A DNA stretch of 64,000 bases. Origin: Eledone cirrhosa (Eukaryota). This document shows, in pieces, positions 27,433 to 42,076 of this stretch (position 1 is the first letter of the stretch; each line of letters begins with the position of its first letter). Position numbers and translations under genes: made by a program. The stretch spans positions 104,098,001-104,162,000 of the forward strand of contig OZ024742.1 of the NCBI GenBank assembly GCA_964016885.1. Reading direction: 5' to 3'. The notes under the pieces were generated by a model. It was not told the DNA's origin and did not search any database. It was given only the letters and a program-made list of their open reading frames with translations.

Positions 27433-28056
27433 CAGATGTTAAATAATGGTTTCTGATTTAGGTACAAGGCCAACAAATTTTGGGGAAAGGGAAAGTCGAT
27501 TAAATTGACCCAGGTGCATTATTAGTACTTTATGTTATTGACCCTGTAAGGATGAAAAGCAAAGCTAACCTCGGCAGGATTTGAACTCAGAATGTAAAGG
27601 GCCATAACTCTATGCCATAAAGCATGTTGTCTGATGCCAATCCTATCCAGATGTTAAATAAGTGTTTCTAGTTTTGGCACAAGGCCAGCAATTATCCCAG
27701 TGCATTACTGGTACTTTATTTTATCGACCCCGTAAGGATGAAAGGCAAAGTTAACCTCGGCGGGATTTGAACTCAGAACATAAAGGAGCGTAACTCTGTG
27801 CTGCAAGACATGTTGTCCGACCCTCTACCGATACTGCCAAACTACCGCCCAGATGTTAAATAATTGTTTCTACTTTTTGCACAAGGCCAACAATTACTCA
27901 GTGCATTACTGGTACTTTATTTCATTGACTCCGTGAGGATGAAAGGCAAAGTTAACCTCGGCGGGATTTGAACTCATTCTGTAAAGGGACGTAACTGTGC
28001 TGCAAAGCATGGCGTCCGACCCTCTACCGATACTGCCAATCCACCGCCCAGATGTT
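27433..28056 (-). mobile_element. Three tandem tRNA-derived SINEs (major family)
   Basis: Three units with B box gagttcaaatcc and body ctttcatcct.acgg..tc.at, separated by CAGATGTTAAATAA. Other copies at ~2745, 19290, 21795, 24635, 25905, 30120-30670, 47215, 51475, 54620, 57520, 62664 and 62980. Confidence 0.9.
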
Positions 28057-31000
28057 AATTAAATATTTGTCTTTTGTTACTATTAAGCTGCAAGTTAGTT
28101 ATTTCTCTAAATCTCTCATGGTTGTTTATTACTTTGATAATTTTACCTTTTCTAATGGAATACACTGCCTATATATTTCAAGTAATTTTGAAAATACTGA
28201 AAAATGTTGAGAAATTTAATAAAAACACTAATATTTCCATTAGTAAGCTGTTATTTGAAACATCATTTAACAAAATATTTCTTTAAAAGCATTATGATTG
28301 AAGCTTTTAATATAAATATGAATACTTTAACCCTTTAGCATTTAAACTGGTTATATCTGGCCAGAATTCTCCCACCTCTTTCTGTTCAAACCAGCTATAA
28401 CTGGTTGTTTATACTTATGTTAAGGTATTGTTCTCAAAATAAATAATATCAAAATCTCCTAGATTCAATATTATATGAGATAATTATGTGAAATAAAGTG
28501 TTTACCGTGAAACTACAATAGTCAATATAGAGTAATCATCATCATCATCATCATCTTCGTTTAACATCCATCTTCCACGCTAGCTTGGGTTAGACGGGAG
28601 TTGTCCCACTTGAGGCAATGTTGGTCGGGTGACCATGTCTCGCTCATGTAGGACTATCTGGCAGGTTTTCTACGGCTGGATGCCCTTCCTAACACCAATC
28701 ACATTTACAGTGTGGAACTGGGAACTTTTTACCGTGTTACCTACACGACCACATTAGAGCGTGGACTGCGTGTTTTTTGTTGTGACTCCTACACGATCTC
28801 GATCTCATTATCTCATTTATTTGGACTGGATGTTGTGGTACCAACTTTACAATGTTAAAGGATTAAAATGGTCAATTGTGTACCATAAAACTAATGCCAG
28901 TTTCAAGTGAGTATTTAAAGGGTTAAATACATGGGCAGTCATATTTTTGTTAGAAATATTATCATAAAAGGGTTAAATCAGACAACAATGGTTCTAGTTT
29001 TAGCATCTTAACCACCACCACAACAACAACCACTATCATTCAGGACAGTTGTTGTTGTTGTTGTTGTCGTTGCTGCTGCTGCTGCTGCTGCTGGTGGTGT
29101 TGTTGCTGTTGCTCTTGTTGGTGTTGTTGTTGCTGTTGTTGCTGCTGCTGTTAATATTGATGCTGCTGTTGGTATTGTTGCTGTTGCTTTTGTTGGTGTT
29201 GCTTCTGCAGCTGTTGTTTAGCCCAAGGTGGTTGTGATGGTGGTTGTGGTGGAAGGAGTAGTAGTAGTAGTAGTAATAGTGGTGTTGGTTGTATGTTGTA
29301 AAGATGTTCATGCCCCCCCCCCTCTGTACACACATGTCTGTGTAATTGTATGCCATGTATGATATGTAATGGGTATATGATATGAAATGTATAAGTGATT
29401 GTGCAAACTTGTGAGGGTTAATGCATATGTGTGTGTGTGTGTACATGTATGTATACTTTAGTGCAAACATAACAATGTATATATTTATATTTATTTGTAT
29501 GTGAGTGCATGTATGTGTGAGTGTCTGTGAGTGTGTGTGAAGATGTGTTTGTAGGAGTGAGCATATATGTATGTATGCCTTAGTACAAATATAACAGTGC
29601 ATATATATTTTGTGTGTGTGTATGTATGCGCTTCTGTGTAAGTGTGTGTGTGTTTGTTTGTGTTTCTGTGTAAGTTTGTATGCCTAAGTATGAGTGTAAA
29701 TATAAGTCTGTATACATGCCAGTGTGAATGTGTCTGTAAATCTATGTATATGTGTATATGTGTATGATCTGTGTGTGAAATAGATAACCTAAGCTGTTTA
29801 TCTTGTCCAACAATCTCACCCAAGGTCATAGGTAGTAGTTGTGTGGTGACAGTTCCTCCAGTGTGCTTGTACTCATTCTCCCTATCCACCCACTACTCTA
29901 AACTAGCTGCAGTACACAGTTTTTGCCTTTGGCCAGAGTTACAGCTCATTTGGCTTATCATCATCATCATCATCATCATCGTTTAACGTCCATCTTCCAT
30001 GCTAGCATGGGTTTGGACGGGAATTTTCCCACTTGAGGCAAGATTGGTTGTCTTGCTCGTATAGGACTGTCTGGCGGGTTTTCTACGGCTAGATGCCCTT
30101 CATAACACCAACCACATTAATAATTGTTTCTACTTTTGGCACAAGGCCAGCAATTACCCAGTGCATTACTGGTACTTTATTTTATCGACCCCCGTAAGGA
30201 TGAAAGGCAAAGTTAACCTCATCGGGATTTGAATAGTGGTTTCTGATTTAGGCACAAGGATAACAATTTTGGGGAGGGCAAAATCAATTAAATTGACCCC
30301 AGTGCGTTACTGGTACTTTATTTTATCGACCTCATTAGGATAAAAGGCAAAGCTAACCTAGGAAGAATTGGAACTCAGAATGTAAAGGGCCGTAACTCTA
30401 TGCTGCAAAGCATGTTGTTCGACGCTCTACAGATACTGCCACTCCACTACACTATATTATATATATTAATATAATAATTATTATCATTAGCATTATTAGT
30501 AGACCGTTGGACAGTATGCTTTGCAGCATAGAGTCATGGCTCTTTATGTTCTTTACCTTTCATCCTTACGGGGTCGATATATTAAAGTACCAGTAATGCA
30601 CTGGGGTTGATTTAATCGACTTGCCCGTCCCTCCAAAATTGTTGGCCTTGTGCCAAAAGTAGAAAGAATTGTTTTTATTGGCAAATAAAGTTATATGGCA
30701 GACAAGGTAGAGCAGATTGACTGGTGTGAGTGGTGGGGGAGGTTCTCCCCTTCATTGATTTCTTAAAAAGATGGGTATATGTGGTGAAAAGGACAAGAGT
30801 GAATGGTTCTACTCTTAGCATGAGCCCGTAGGTCTGAAAAGGAGACTCTTTTCATAGAGAGGGCACTTGCCCACAGTGGTCAGGACAACCAAGGATTTGT
30901 CGGGATCCTCCATCATCTCTTTCCAGAAGTTCTCCTGTATAAGGAGGACTTCTTCACCATATATACTATGCATACCATACATCATCATCATCAGAGTATG

Positions 31001-33309
31001 GTTGCTTTGTTATTCTTAGACACCTTATCAGGAGTATGTTTCTATTACCTCTTTTCTGTTGGTATTTCATAGTGTTGGCATAAATTCCAGTGTATATAAA
31101 CCCCAATTCTATCATGTCTACGGACATATTACTTTTTGGTTAAGACCTGCCAGCCAGAGACAATGTGTTTATTTATTCCCCACCACCACCACCATCACAT
31201 ATTCTGCAGTTATTGTTCTGCTTCATTATGTATTTTTGGTGCTTTATGGTGAGGTGGCTTTCATCTTGTGCTGCAATCAATAATCCTTTAGTCTTGGCTT
31301 TTAGTCCAGCACTTCTTAGCCAGTTTTGTGAATTTTATCTGTCCACTTTCTCCCTATTCAGTTTTTTCAGGTATTGGCCATGCTAGAGTTTTTCTTGCAT
31401 CGTTTTAGTATGACATTCTGGAGACTTGTTTTCAATTTAGATTTTATCTTATTCACTATTTCTTTTGTTTTTTCTTTTTTTTTCATTTTCTTCATAATTA
31501 TCTGTCAATTTAACTTCTGTTTTGAATTTGTTGGCTTTCTAGAAGATAGAAATTTTGTGACTATTTGAATTAACTTTCCATAATAAACATTCTGAAATAA
31601 AATTATGGTGGAAGACTTTTAGATTAATATGATGGTTGGTTGACAAGTTGATAGACTGACCATGATACTCTCATGGAATGACTAAAGGAGGTTTATTTTT
31701 CAACATAGTTGCTGGAAAGAAACAATGAAGTTATTAATAAGAATATTATAAGAACATTCTTGCATGCAAGATTTCATAGCTCTAGCACCACTTCTTCATA
31801 GTTGACCTATGAACTTTTCAGCCTACTCATGTGTAATAAACACTTTGAAACAAGGGGCAGTTTGATATCAAAAGGATCAATTTTTATGTATTATATAAAA
31901 TCACTTTGATTGAAATTACTCTCATTATGATCTATCACAGTGTAACTTTCATATAATGGTTTCTTGCTTATATAGCACAAGTCTACAAATTTCCAAGAAA
32001 GTGTATGAGATTATATCAGGGCAACAAATTGGCAGCATTGTTAAAAAAAAGAATAGAATGCTTTGCAGTTTCCATTTCAGCTCTCAGTGCTCTGAATTCA
32101 AAACCCACCATGATCAACTTTGCTGTTCAAGGGCGATAAAACAAGTACCAATCCAATACTGGGGTAGATTCCTCTTCTATATCTCTTTCTTACTTCCTTC
32201 TCCTTCACTGGAAGAAATCAGCTGTGTTAAAACCTAGAAAGGAGATGGGCTTTGCCAGGTTTAAAATGCTCAAGGCATGTCATATGTCACTACGGCACGC
32301 CTACAACTCCATCAGGAATTACGGCTCCCTACATATATACATGAGATTATATTATATTCATATATGTCTTTCTCAATAGTCATGTTTGAAGTGATTCAGA
32401 TTCACCAGGAAATAGATGCCAGCATGCAGAAACATTAACTTTCTTCTGGATCAGGAAATATTTCAGATTGGATCAGTTGTTGACCTCCAAGGATCAACTA
32501 TGATCAACTATGTCTCACAATTTTCTTTGGCTACAAAACCAGAAACTGCAGAGAAGCAGAATATAGCCAAATACTGAAACTTGACTAACCACTTCTCTTT
32601 CATGACAGTTGCCATCATGACCTCTCATGTCTTCAGTCCCTGAACAGCCATTTTCCTCTACAAAATTTGGAGGAATGTATCCTGCCTGAGGAAAGATTGC
32701 TGTGAAGTGGAGTGGCAGATGCAGTGGGTGTCACTGGCTGTTCTCCGTGGCTCATCTGAGATACACTGCTTTATCACGGATGTTGTCTGCGCCTCCTTCT
32801 TTATTTTATTTTCATTATTTAATTTTTTTCTCTTTTCCTATTTAATTTGTGAAATATTTATATAAATAAAATTATTATTTTTACATTGAGTACTGTCCCC
32901 ACACTTGTGCTAGCCATGCTTACTTAGGGCCTCCTGCGCTGGGTAGTGCATTGGTTGAAAAGTTTACGCCAATGCATATGATCCACTGCAGCTCTTTCAC
33001 ATCCATTTCAAATGATGTTAATAGCCATAAGAACATTTTAAAATGTCTGCCGCCAGGTGATCTTCAGTCTAACCTTTTTCTGTTCGCATCCATGAGGAAT
33101 CATTGTTGTTTTTTGTGTGCTGGTGATTCGGTAAATGGAGAATGTAGTCAGCCTGATGGAAACATTGCTTTGTATTTATCTCTTGCAGTGGTTGTAACTT
33201 TGCTCTTCTCCAGATTTCTTCATTTGTAATCCAGCCTTGCCAGGTAAATCTTCCTAATCTTTCTGAGACATTTTTTATGCAATACATTCCAAAGAAGGAA
33301 ATCTGGTTG

Positions 33310-33480
33310 ATTGTGAAATACTCATCAAATCAAGTACACTGTTACCACAACATACCAAACCTCTCATATACAAGCATGCTGTCCCCACAACATACCTGTA
33401 AAATATTCACTAAATCTCTGACACACAAGCATGCTGTCCCCACAACACACCTGTGAAATACTCACCAAACCTTTGACACA
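33310..33480. repeat. Tandem repeat, ~55-bp unit, about 3 copies
   Basis: caagcatgctgtccccacaaca.acctgt.aaata.tcac repeated. Confidence 0.75.
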
Positions 33481-34393
33481 TCTATGTATCAAAGTCTTCT
33501 CTGTAATTAATACACCAGCTTATACTCTTCTGAACTAGCTAACTACATATCACCTCAACTCAGCTGCATATGACACATCTGTTTCTTCTCCTATTGTAAT
33601 TCCTACATCCTCCCACCACTCTGGACCCACACTAACCACAACCTGAATCCTTTCTTCTCAGAGTGTCAACCCCTTGGAATTCATTCTCTGACCATGTCTT
33701 TTTTCTTATCTGCAGACATCGATTTACAGCTGCTGAAGCTGAACATAAACTGTATCAATCTCCTCAATCTCAGAAGACCTATGAATGTTATTAATATTCC
33801 TAACAAAGCCACAACAAAAAAATTTAGCTTATCAGGAGTTTACTTCTTGCTTATGTAATTTCCAGGTCCGTTGCCAAGGAAGGGAGTGGAATCATTGAAG
33901 ACACTGCCCCTCTATTTTTCAAAGGTGCCACTGAATTTATAAAAAAATTATAAAATATGTTCTCTGAAGTCTTGACTTTACTAACTTTTCATCACAAAAC
34001 AAGAACAACAAACAAAAATATAATTTAAAAATAAATATAAAGTTAATCAAAGAAGTTGTTCAAAACGGTCCCTAGGAAATTAATATGTCCACCAAGGATG
34101 CTCTGATGGTTCCCAAGCACCGAAATCTGACAACAGGCCTGATAATTTGTCATTAGTATCTATCATATATATTCTCATTTTTTTTTTACTCATCATTATC
34201 AAGTTTATGTCCATTTTTCCATGCTGGTATAGGTTGGATGGGATGGTTTAAGACAATCTTTTACAGCTGGATGCCCTTCCTAACACCAAACCTTTTAGTC
34301 ACTTCTTATGAGATACAAGGACATGGTGTATTTATTCTAAAATCTGGGATACATATGAAAATATCAAAGTCTGACACTACTAGTGGGGATAAT

Positions 34394-35748
34394 AGAGATC
34401 AGTGTTGCTGAACCAAGTTTACAGCTCAGCTTCAATCCCTAGCCATAACTGTTCCATATCACCAGGTTACTGTGTAACATTAACTTTAAACTATAATACA
34501 AGATAATATACCAGATCATGATATGTGACACTGTCATATATAGCTGTTTCATCAGAGAAGAGTGAAACATAGAATATCTGGTCACTGACATTGTAATCCT
34601 TTTAATACCAAACAGCCCGAAACCGCCCCTGGTTCTTTGATACAAAACTGTTTATTTTAAAGTATTTATATTTATCTAAAAGCCTTGCAACATAATTTTA
34701 TGTTAGAACATTTAAGTTATGTTCCAAATACTATCATCATCATCATCATCGTTTAACGTCTATCTTCCACGCTAGCATGAGTTAGACGGTATTTTTAAAT
34801 TCAAGCTTAATGGTTTCTAATTTAGGCACAAAGCCAGCAGTTTGAGGGGAAGGGAAGTTGATTATATGGACTCCAGTACTCAACTGTAGTCTCTGATATA
34901 TAAAAAAAAAAAAAAAAGGAGAGGAGCATGGCTGAAATGCCTTTGATGATAAGTATGTTCAATGAGAATTGACCTGGTGCTAAATAAAAATAAAAACGAT
35001 GTGTAATTTTGATTTAAAACTATGGGTGTTGTGAGATTAAGCAATGCAATAGACTTTATTTATGATTGAAGAAAGTAGAGCTATGCTCCTGGTGTTTGCA
35101 GGCCTTCACAGATAGGTGAGGCAGTTGATATTAAACTTTGAGAATAGTTTGTGGTCATCATTATCATTGCTGTTGTTTTTTAATACTATATCAGATCTGA
35201 TCAAGTAGACCTATGGTCAACAGTGTTTCTACTGTGATCATGCTGTCTTTTATTATATCTTCGACTACACTGAACAATGTATTCTTTTTCATTGAAGATT
35301 TGGTTGCTATTTCTAGCAGGCTGAGTGACTCACTCATTGATCAGTGTTGTTTGTTGATACATGTAAGAAGAGTATAGGCTGGGAATAAAATACAGAGAGA
35401 TTCCATTCTGAATGTTGAGATTTGTGAAGTAAGGATTGGATGAAGTGTTTAGTGTAAGGTTTGTCGGATAATAGAAAGAGCTGAGGCAGTTGTATAGAGT
35501 TGTGAACAGCTTACTAGTTTGGAGGGTAATCATTGTAATTGCAATTAATAAATGAAATGATGTGAATAGAAATCAGTGTTGCTGAACCAAGTTTATAGCT
35601 CAGCTTCAATCCCTAGCCATAACTGTTCCATATCATCAGGTTACTGTGTAACACTAACTTTAAACTATAATACAAGATAATATAACAGATCATGATATGT
35701 GACACTGTCATATATAGCTGTTACATCAGAGTAGAGTGAAACATAGAA
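34394..35748. repeat. ~180-bp direct repeat (34394-34574 and 35568-35748)
   Basis: atcagtgttgctgaaccaagttta...gagtgaaacatagaa occurs twice with few substitutions. Confidence 0.9.
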
Positions 35749-38700
35749 CTGTGGTTTAAGTGTATGCATAGTTAAAAATATGTGTAAGTATAATATCAGC
35801 AACCTATACGATCACTAACACAATGATACAAGTCCAGACAATGTGAAGAAATGCTCTCTGGCACACAGGACTGCAGATGCAAGCCACCACATGGTCTCAG
35901 TGGATAGAATGGAGAAAGTGTTATCCCAGAGGATAGTGTTGAGAGAGTCATTCTAACACATGGGGCTTACTCCTGCAGGTGGTCAACTCTGCTCCAATAT
36001 TTGTGAGTAGGGAGACGATTCATGGACTAAAAATACCGCCAGTCCTCACTACTATAGGTTCACCAACAAATCTATCAGAAAGTGACTGATACTTCAACTA
36101 CTTGTGATCTTCAGCTAGTTAGGCAATGAAACCTAACTTGCTGAATGCACCAATAGCAATAGAAATGGTTGGTGTAAGGTTTGTGGGATAACAGAAAAAT
36201 TGGAGTTAGACATATAGAGTAGTACACAATTTACTAGTTTAGAGAGAAACCATTGTAATAGCAGTAGTAGTAGATAGAGAAAGATGGCACAGATTCATTA
36301 CACTGCAGCATATTTGTGAGTTTGCTTATCAAATATTCCCCTTATGGGAGGGGGAGGGGGTGGGGGGCATTGTTATTGTTGTTGTTAAGGTGGGGGAAAG
36401 CGTGCAATTCAAACTGTTTAGACTAACATATGAGATAAAACTCGTTTCAGTGGCATCTTATAGTACGTGAAAGAAAAGAAAAGTTTCAGTTATTTGACCA
36501 CCATCAACATCTCAGTAGCAAAGTTTACCTTGTGGAAAGTATTTCCGGTGAACATAACAACTGTCTGTTCATAGTCATTATATTTGCTGTGACCGCAAAT
36601 ATTGATTTACCCCTGTTTCACTTCAAAAGAAGGAATGTTTGCTATTGACTTAGACTAGCTTACCTCAAGAATCCTCTAAATCATTGAAATTACTGATGAC
36701 ACAAGACATTTGACATGACACGTATCTTAAGACAGGTGCAGTGCAGCTCTATACTATAAAGTCTTGCACTCACTCAAGTTGTGCACTCAGTACAACCACT
36801 GTAAAGGCTAAAGTTTTTTGAATCTCAGAAATTAACATTTTTAGAGCTAAATATTAGTGGACAACAAGTGGGAGAGCTTTTGCATCATCATATTGTGTGA
36901 AAGTGCTTGTAGAACAGTGGCATGTCATGAGAAATAATGTTAGGGTAAGAAAATGAAATGTTGTTCATTTGAGGGATTGTAGCCTCACACAGTGATGTTA
37001 TTTCTTTCAAAAACAAAATCTAATAGTTTTGAAAAAAAGGTTTAAGCTCATCATCAATATCAACATCATCATTTTATTAATATATTATATTGTTTCAAAA
37101 TCTTAATGTTATATATTAATGTGTGTGTCATAAGTATAATCATACATAAAGACATACAAATATTAACTGAATAAGTAAAAAAAAGTTACAGTTTGTTGTG
37201 TACTCTAAAACAGACTGGAGGAGGAAGAGCTTGAAAAAGTAGAAATTTAAAAAACATTTTTTTTGCCAATTCGAAACCAGTGTTTAAAATATAAGTTTGA
37301 ATAAATTGTCAAGAAAAAAAAAAAGAAAAAAAAAAAAAAAAGATTTATGGTAATATGTCTTTTCTGAAAACCTGCCTTTGAATTATTACGAATTAGAATG
37401 CCAATCCAGATTGTTCTGAGGCCTTCCACCCTGTACCAAATCCAGTCACAGATACTCTGTCTCCTCTCACTGCCTTTTCTACCACTACTATAATGGCCAC
37501 TGCTCCTCAGAACTGACTTCCCTCATGCAACTTTTCCTCAAACATTCCCACCAGACTCATCCCTGCTTTCATCTTATATATTATGTTCAACCACATTCAT
37601 ACCCAGCATACTTTTCATACAGGAGTCAACTTGCATCAATTTCAATGGTTTTGGAAAACCTACAATGGTCATGAGCCCAGCTCTTTCCACAGACCTAGCA
37701 TAAAGAAAAAAAAAATGACATGAAAACCAATAATTAAAATGTATATTATTTAATGTCTGGGTGTGTATGGGGGGGGGGGGGGGGGCTGACAAGATTTGAT
37801 ATTACATGTGCATCCTCACTGCACAAACACATTTATTTACATATGTACATACAGACATATTGTCTTTGATTTTTATTTTGTATTTTTTAAATGAAATAAC
37901 TTTTGACATGCCTACAGAGTAAGAAAATGTTTCAAAGTAGAGTGAGAGATAAAAAAAAGCGAAAGAGAAGTACATAGCAATAGAGAGAGTGTTCATAACA
38001 GCAGAACACCTGAGGAAATGGAAGAGAGTGAGATAGAGGAGACATATAAGTGAAATAGACTGCAATTGAGAGAGAGAGTAAATGATAAATGAAGTGAAGG
38101 AGTAATAAAAATGAAAGAAGGGAGAACCAGACAGAAACAAACCTTTCATCATTTCATTTTACGTCCGCTTTTTCCCTGCTTGCAAGGGTGGGACGGGAAC
38201 TGATTCTGGCTTGATTTCTACAGCTGGATGCCCTTCCTAACACCAACCTCATTTACAGTGAGTGCTGGGTGCTTTTTTGCCGTGGCACCTGCACGACCAC
38301 TTTGCAGTGGAATGATATGGACCCCAGTCGCTATCATCTCATTTCTACAGCTGAGTAAACTGGAGCAATCTGAAATAAAGTGTCTTGCTCAAGGAAACAA
38401 CACATCACCCGGTCTGAGAATTGAACTCACAACTTTTCGATTGCAAGGCCAATGCTCTAACCACTAAGCCATGTGCCTCCATCATTTAGAAATATATATT
38501 AAAATATATACTCACACACACACAACCATCTCTTCCACCACACAATCTTGTATGTGGAACAGGATCATATCACATCAGATAACACATCACATATAGTCAA
38601 GTATATTTTTTATCATGTTCAAAGACTTCACTATATGTATATATATATATATATATTATATATATACACATACATATATACATACAAATATATACACACA

Positions 38701-39250
38701 CATTATATATATAATGTGTGTGTATGTGTGTATATATATATAAAACTTTGATAACTTGGATAGGTTTCGGTCAGTATTGGCCCAGGCCATGTCTAACTTA
38801 ATAGCACCACCTGGCATATATATACTAAAAACACACATTACACACACATATATATATATATATGTAGGAGGTGAGTTTTATTGTAGTACAATAAAGCAAT
38901 GCAGATATCGGATAAGTAGCACTCTACAGTTTGTAGGACTGGAGTATATACACACACACATTATATATATATAGATATATACATACATATGTTTATAGTT
39001 GTCTACAAAAGCCTATGTATGAATCTATGTCACAACCACTGTATTTATTGTGTTCATTTATATGTGTTTGAGTATATGTATACATTCTGTCTCTGTATGT
39101 GTGTATTTATATATTAATCTATATATGTTAGTTCTGTATCTTAACTTATGTGTATCTGTATATGTACAATATACATATGAGTATGTGTGGTAGTTGTGAA
39201 TGTTTGTCATTTTTTAACATATGTGGGTATATATATATATATATATATAT

Positions 39251-39630
39251 ATTAAAATATAAATATTAATAAAATAGATGTTCTTTTGATCAATTACATT
39301 TTATTATACATATTTTGGATGTACAACAGTACGTCCTCATCAGACAAAATATAATGATACATGACATACCCTGAGATGTTAAATGGTTAAGATTTAATCA
39401 AGGTAGTGATTAACCTAATAGAAAATTTAACATATATACCCTAATTATGAGAAAATTTTCTCTTAGGTTAATCACTACCTTGATTAAATCTTAACCATTT
39501 AATATCTCAGGGTATGTCATGTATCATTATATTTTGTCTGATGAGGACGTACTGTTGTACATCCAAAATATGTATAATAAAATGTAATTGATCAAAAGAA
39601 CATCTATTTTATTAATATTTATATTTTAAT
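39251..39630. repeat. Near-perfect foldback (~178-bp arms, ~24-nt loop) containing a hammerhead-like motif; Penelope-type inverted pLTR
   Basis: 39251-39428 versus 39453-39630, two mismatches by eye. CTGATGA-GGACGTAC-tgtt-GTACATCC-AAAA at 39538-39568. Confidence 0.85.
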
Positions 39631-39774
39631 ATTAATAACTCCGGAAAATTCCGTAGAGTGCTTCCAATCTACTGTAAAACTCATTCTTTGATGTACTCAT
39701 TGAATATTGTTTAACACTTTAATATATATATATATAGAATACACAAGAATCAAAGCTATGTTATAACATTTAAT

Positions 39775-39822
39775 TGCTGACAATTGTTTCTTCCAAGCCT
39801 AGGCTTGGAGTCTTTGGAGCAT
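39775..39822 (-). ncRNA. Degenerate type I hammerhead ribozyme
   Basis: tgct-CCAAAGA-cTCCAAGC ctag GCTTGGAa-GAAA-CAATTG-TC-agca. The core CUGANGA is mutated. Confidence 0.6.
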
Positions 39823-40284
39823 TATTAGCAATGTTTATACATATAATCAGCCTCCTATTCTGCTGAAGAATCATACAGATACATATTGTGGACAACAGTG
39901 TGGGGTGGATGCGACATATATTATGATAAATTGTACAAGATTCAAAATTAAAATTACAAGCCTTTAATAATATTATATATATATATATAGTTATACTTGG
40001 GGAGGGTCATATTTGCGTAATATTGCCAGAATTAATAACAACACACTCACTGTTTGGTTGGTTTTCGCTTCTCGCTGTCTTTTATATCTGCGATCTAACT
40101 TACTCGTGAGTGTGTTCTGTTATTAATTCTGGCAATATTACGCAAATATGACCCTCCCCAAGTATAACAATATCTGTTTCGACACACGATTTCATATAAA
40201 AAACCTCGCTAAACTATATATATATATATATATATACATATACTGATTATTACTAGAAATTCTATAAGAATCAAACATTCATGA

Positions 40285-40378
40285 TTTTCAGTAAACAGGT
40301 GGGGTACTTGGCTTTGATAAGTACCAATCAGTACGAAACATAGCTCTGTCAGCTTTATCTCCCCCTGTTTGCTGAAAA
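40285..40378 (+). ncRNA. Degenerate type I hammerhead ribozyme
   Basis: Long stem I (ttttcagtaaacagg/cctgtttgctgaaaa), TTGATAA core, GTAC-caatca-GTAC stem II, GAAA, near-palindromic ACATAGCTCTGT stem III, UC site. Confidence 0.7.
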
Positions 40379-40590
40379 TTTAAAGTGAGACTGTCACTAC
40401 TCTAAAACAATAGCATAAGGTCTTCGAAATGCTTTTAATTAAGCATACAGTGTATTGCAAAATGCACTATATATACATTCATATACATATACGTATATAT
40501 ACCCACATATATACCAGATACTGTGCTGAAAAGGACCCATCCCACCCTTGCAAGCAGGGAAAAGAGGACGTAAAATGATGATGATGATGA

Positions 40591-40624
<34 letters not shown>

Positions 40625-40740
40625 GCACTAGAGCCAGTTATATTGATCTTAAAGCACTAAAACAATGTATCTCTAGTGACTGACTGAGAGATGGGACTGC
40701 TTGTCTCATTCATTTTCTTGTCATCTTTGCCCATATATAT

Positions 40741-40775
<35 letters not shown>

Positions 40776-41377
40776 CAGAATTGTTAATGAAGGTATATTT
40801 GATTTAATAGAACAATATCTGATTTCTCTGGGAAAGTTATATATCATGAGGAATTGAAGTTGTTTTCTAATACATTTACAACAGCCCAATGTCTATTGCA
40901 CTGTGCCACAATCATGAATAATTTATCACATCATTTATAGATGTAAATGACATATACCTCATACATTATCATTTTGCGTCTGTTTTCCATGCTTACAAGA
41001 GTTGGATGGGTCCTTTCCAGAACAGCATCACACTTCATTGCGTTCCTTTGTCATTTCCTCAGTGACTTCAGCAATTTGAGATCATCTCTCACCACCTCTA
41101 TCACAATAGAGTTAGCTTCACTAAAGACACCCACATAGAGTATAGCATGATTTGAACTCCAAATGCAAAAAGCCTGAACAAATACTGCAAGACATCTCAC
41201 CCAATGCTCTAACAATTCTGCCAATCTACAACCTTAGACTGATATTTTATTTTAGTGACTCAGAAAGAATGAAAGACACTGTTAATCTTGACAAGATTTG
41301 ACCTCAAGAGTGCAGAGTGCTAGGACATATGCCACAGGGCATTTTGTCTTATACTCTAACGACTCTAGTGTGTATAG

Positions 41378-41581
41378 ACCATATATACTCAGATATAAGC
41401 TGAGGAATATGTGATCAAAACATTGATGGTAAAATGGAGTAGGGGGATCATCAGTTTATATACACCATCTAAACATAATTTGTTGATTAGCTGCCTAGGC
41501 TTTTAAATGGAGTTTGGAATTTTGCCCATTTCTCAGACATAAAATGGAGGGAGGTCAGCTTATATTCGAGTATATAAGGTA
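41378..41581. mobile_element. pogo/Tc1-mariner-type MITE
   Basis: accatatatactcagatataagc...gcttatattcgagtatataaggta. Second copy at ~52707-52921. Confidence 0.7.
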
Positions 41582-42076
41582 TATATATTATATTACCTAC
41601 AATTAATCATAATATGCATTTTCATATCACAATATTTAATTATTCTAGATAATCTGTGGCTGCTTAATTGGTAATCAATAATCAGTCAATTTACATATTG
41701 GTGCATCTCTAATATCTTCTTCTTCACCCTCTTATTTCTGAGAGGGTTATGGGGGCAGAGTCCTGAGACATGCCTTCCTGAGAGGGTCATGGGGGCAGAG
41801 TCCTCAGAGCCCTATTAGAAGTGACTGTTATAAAATGATCCAGTTTGATCGACAAGCAAGAGCAACTGAAGTTATGGATGCTACAGACATAGACATATAT
41901 ATGTATGTGTATGAGACCTGAATAGAGCTGCTTTTTCTCAAACAATTTTTTTTTCATTTCTGTCACTACTCACTCTTCTCTATCTTTCTATTTCTTCTTT
42001 AATTTCTCATTCTATTTTCTGATGAAGGACTAGCATCTGAAACATTAAGACTCTTTTCTTATTATATCAAGTATAT

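Noticed and set aside
25460-33480. CRISPR-like repeat arrays (25460, 27433, 33310)
   Set aside because: Eukaryotic context. The units are tandem repeats or SINEs with TSDs, with no unique spacers or cas genes.
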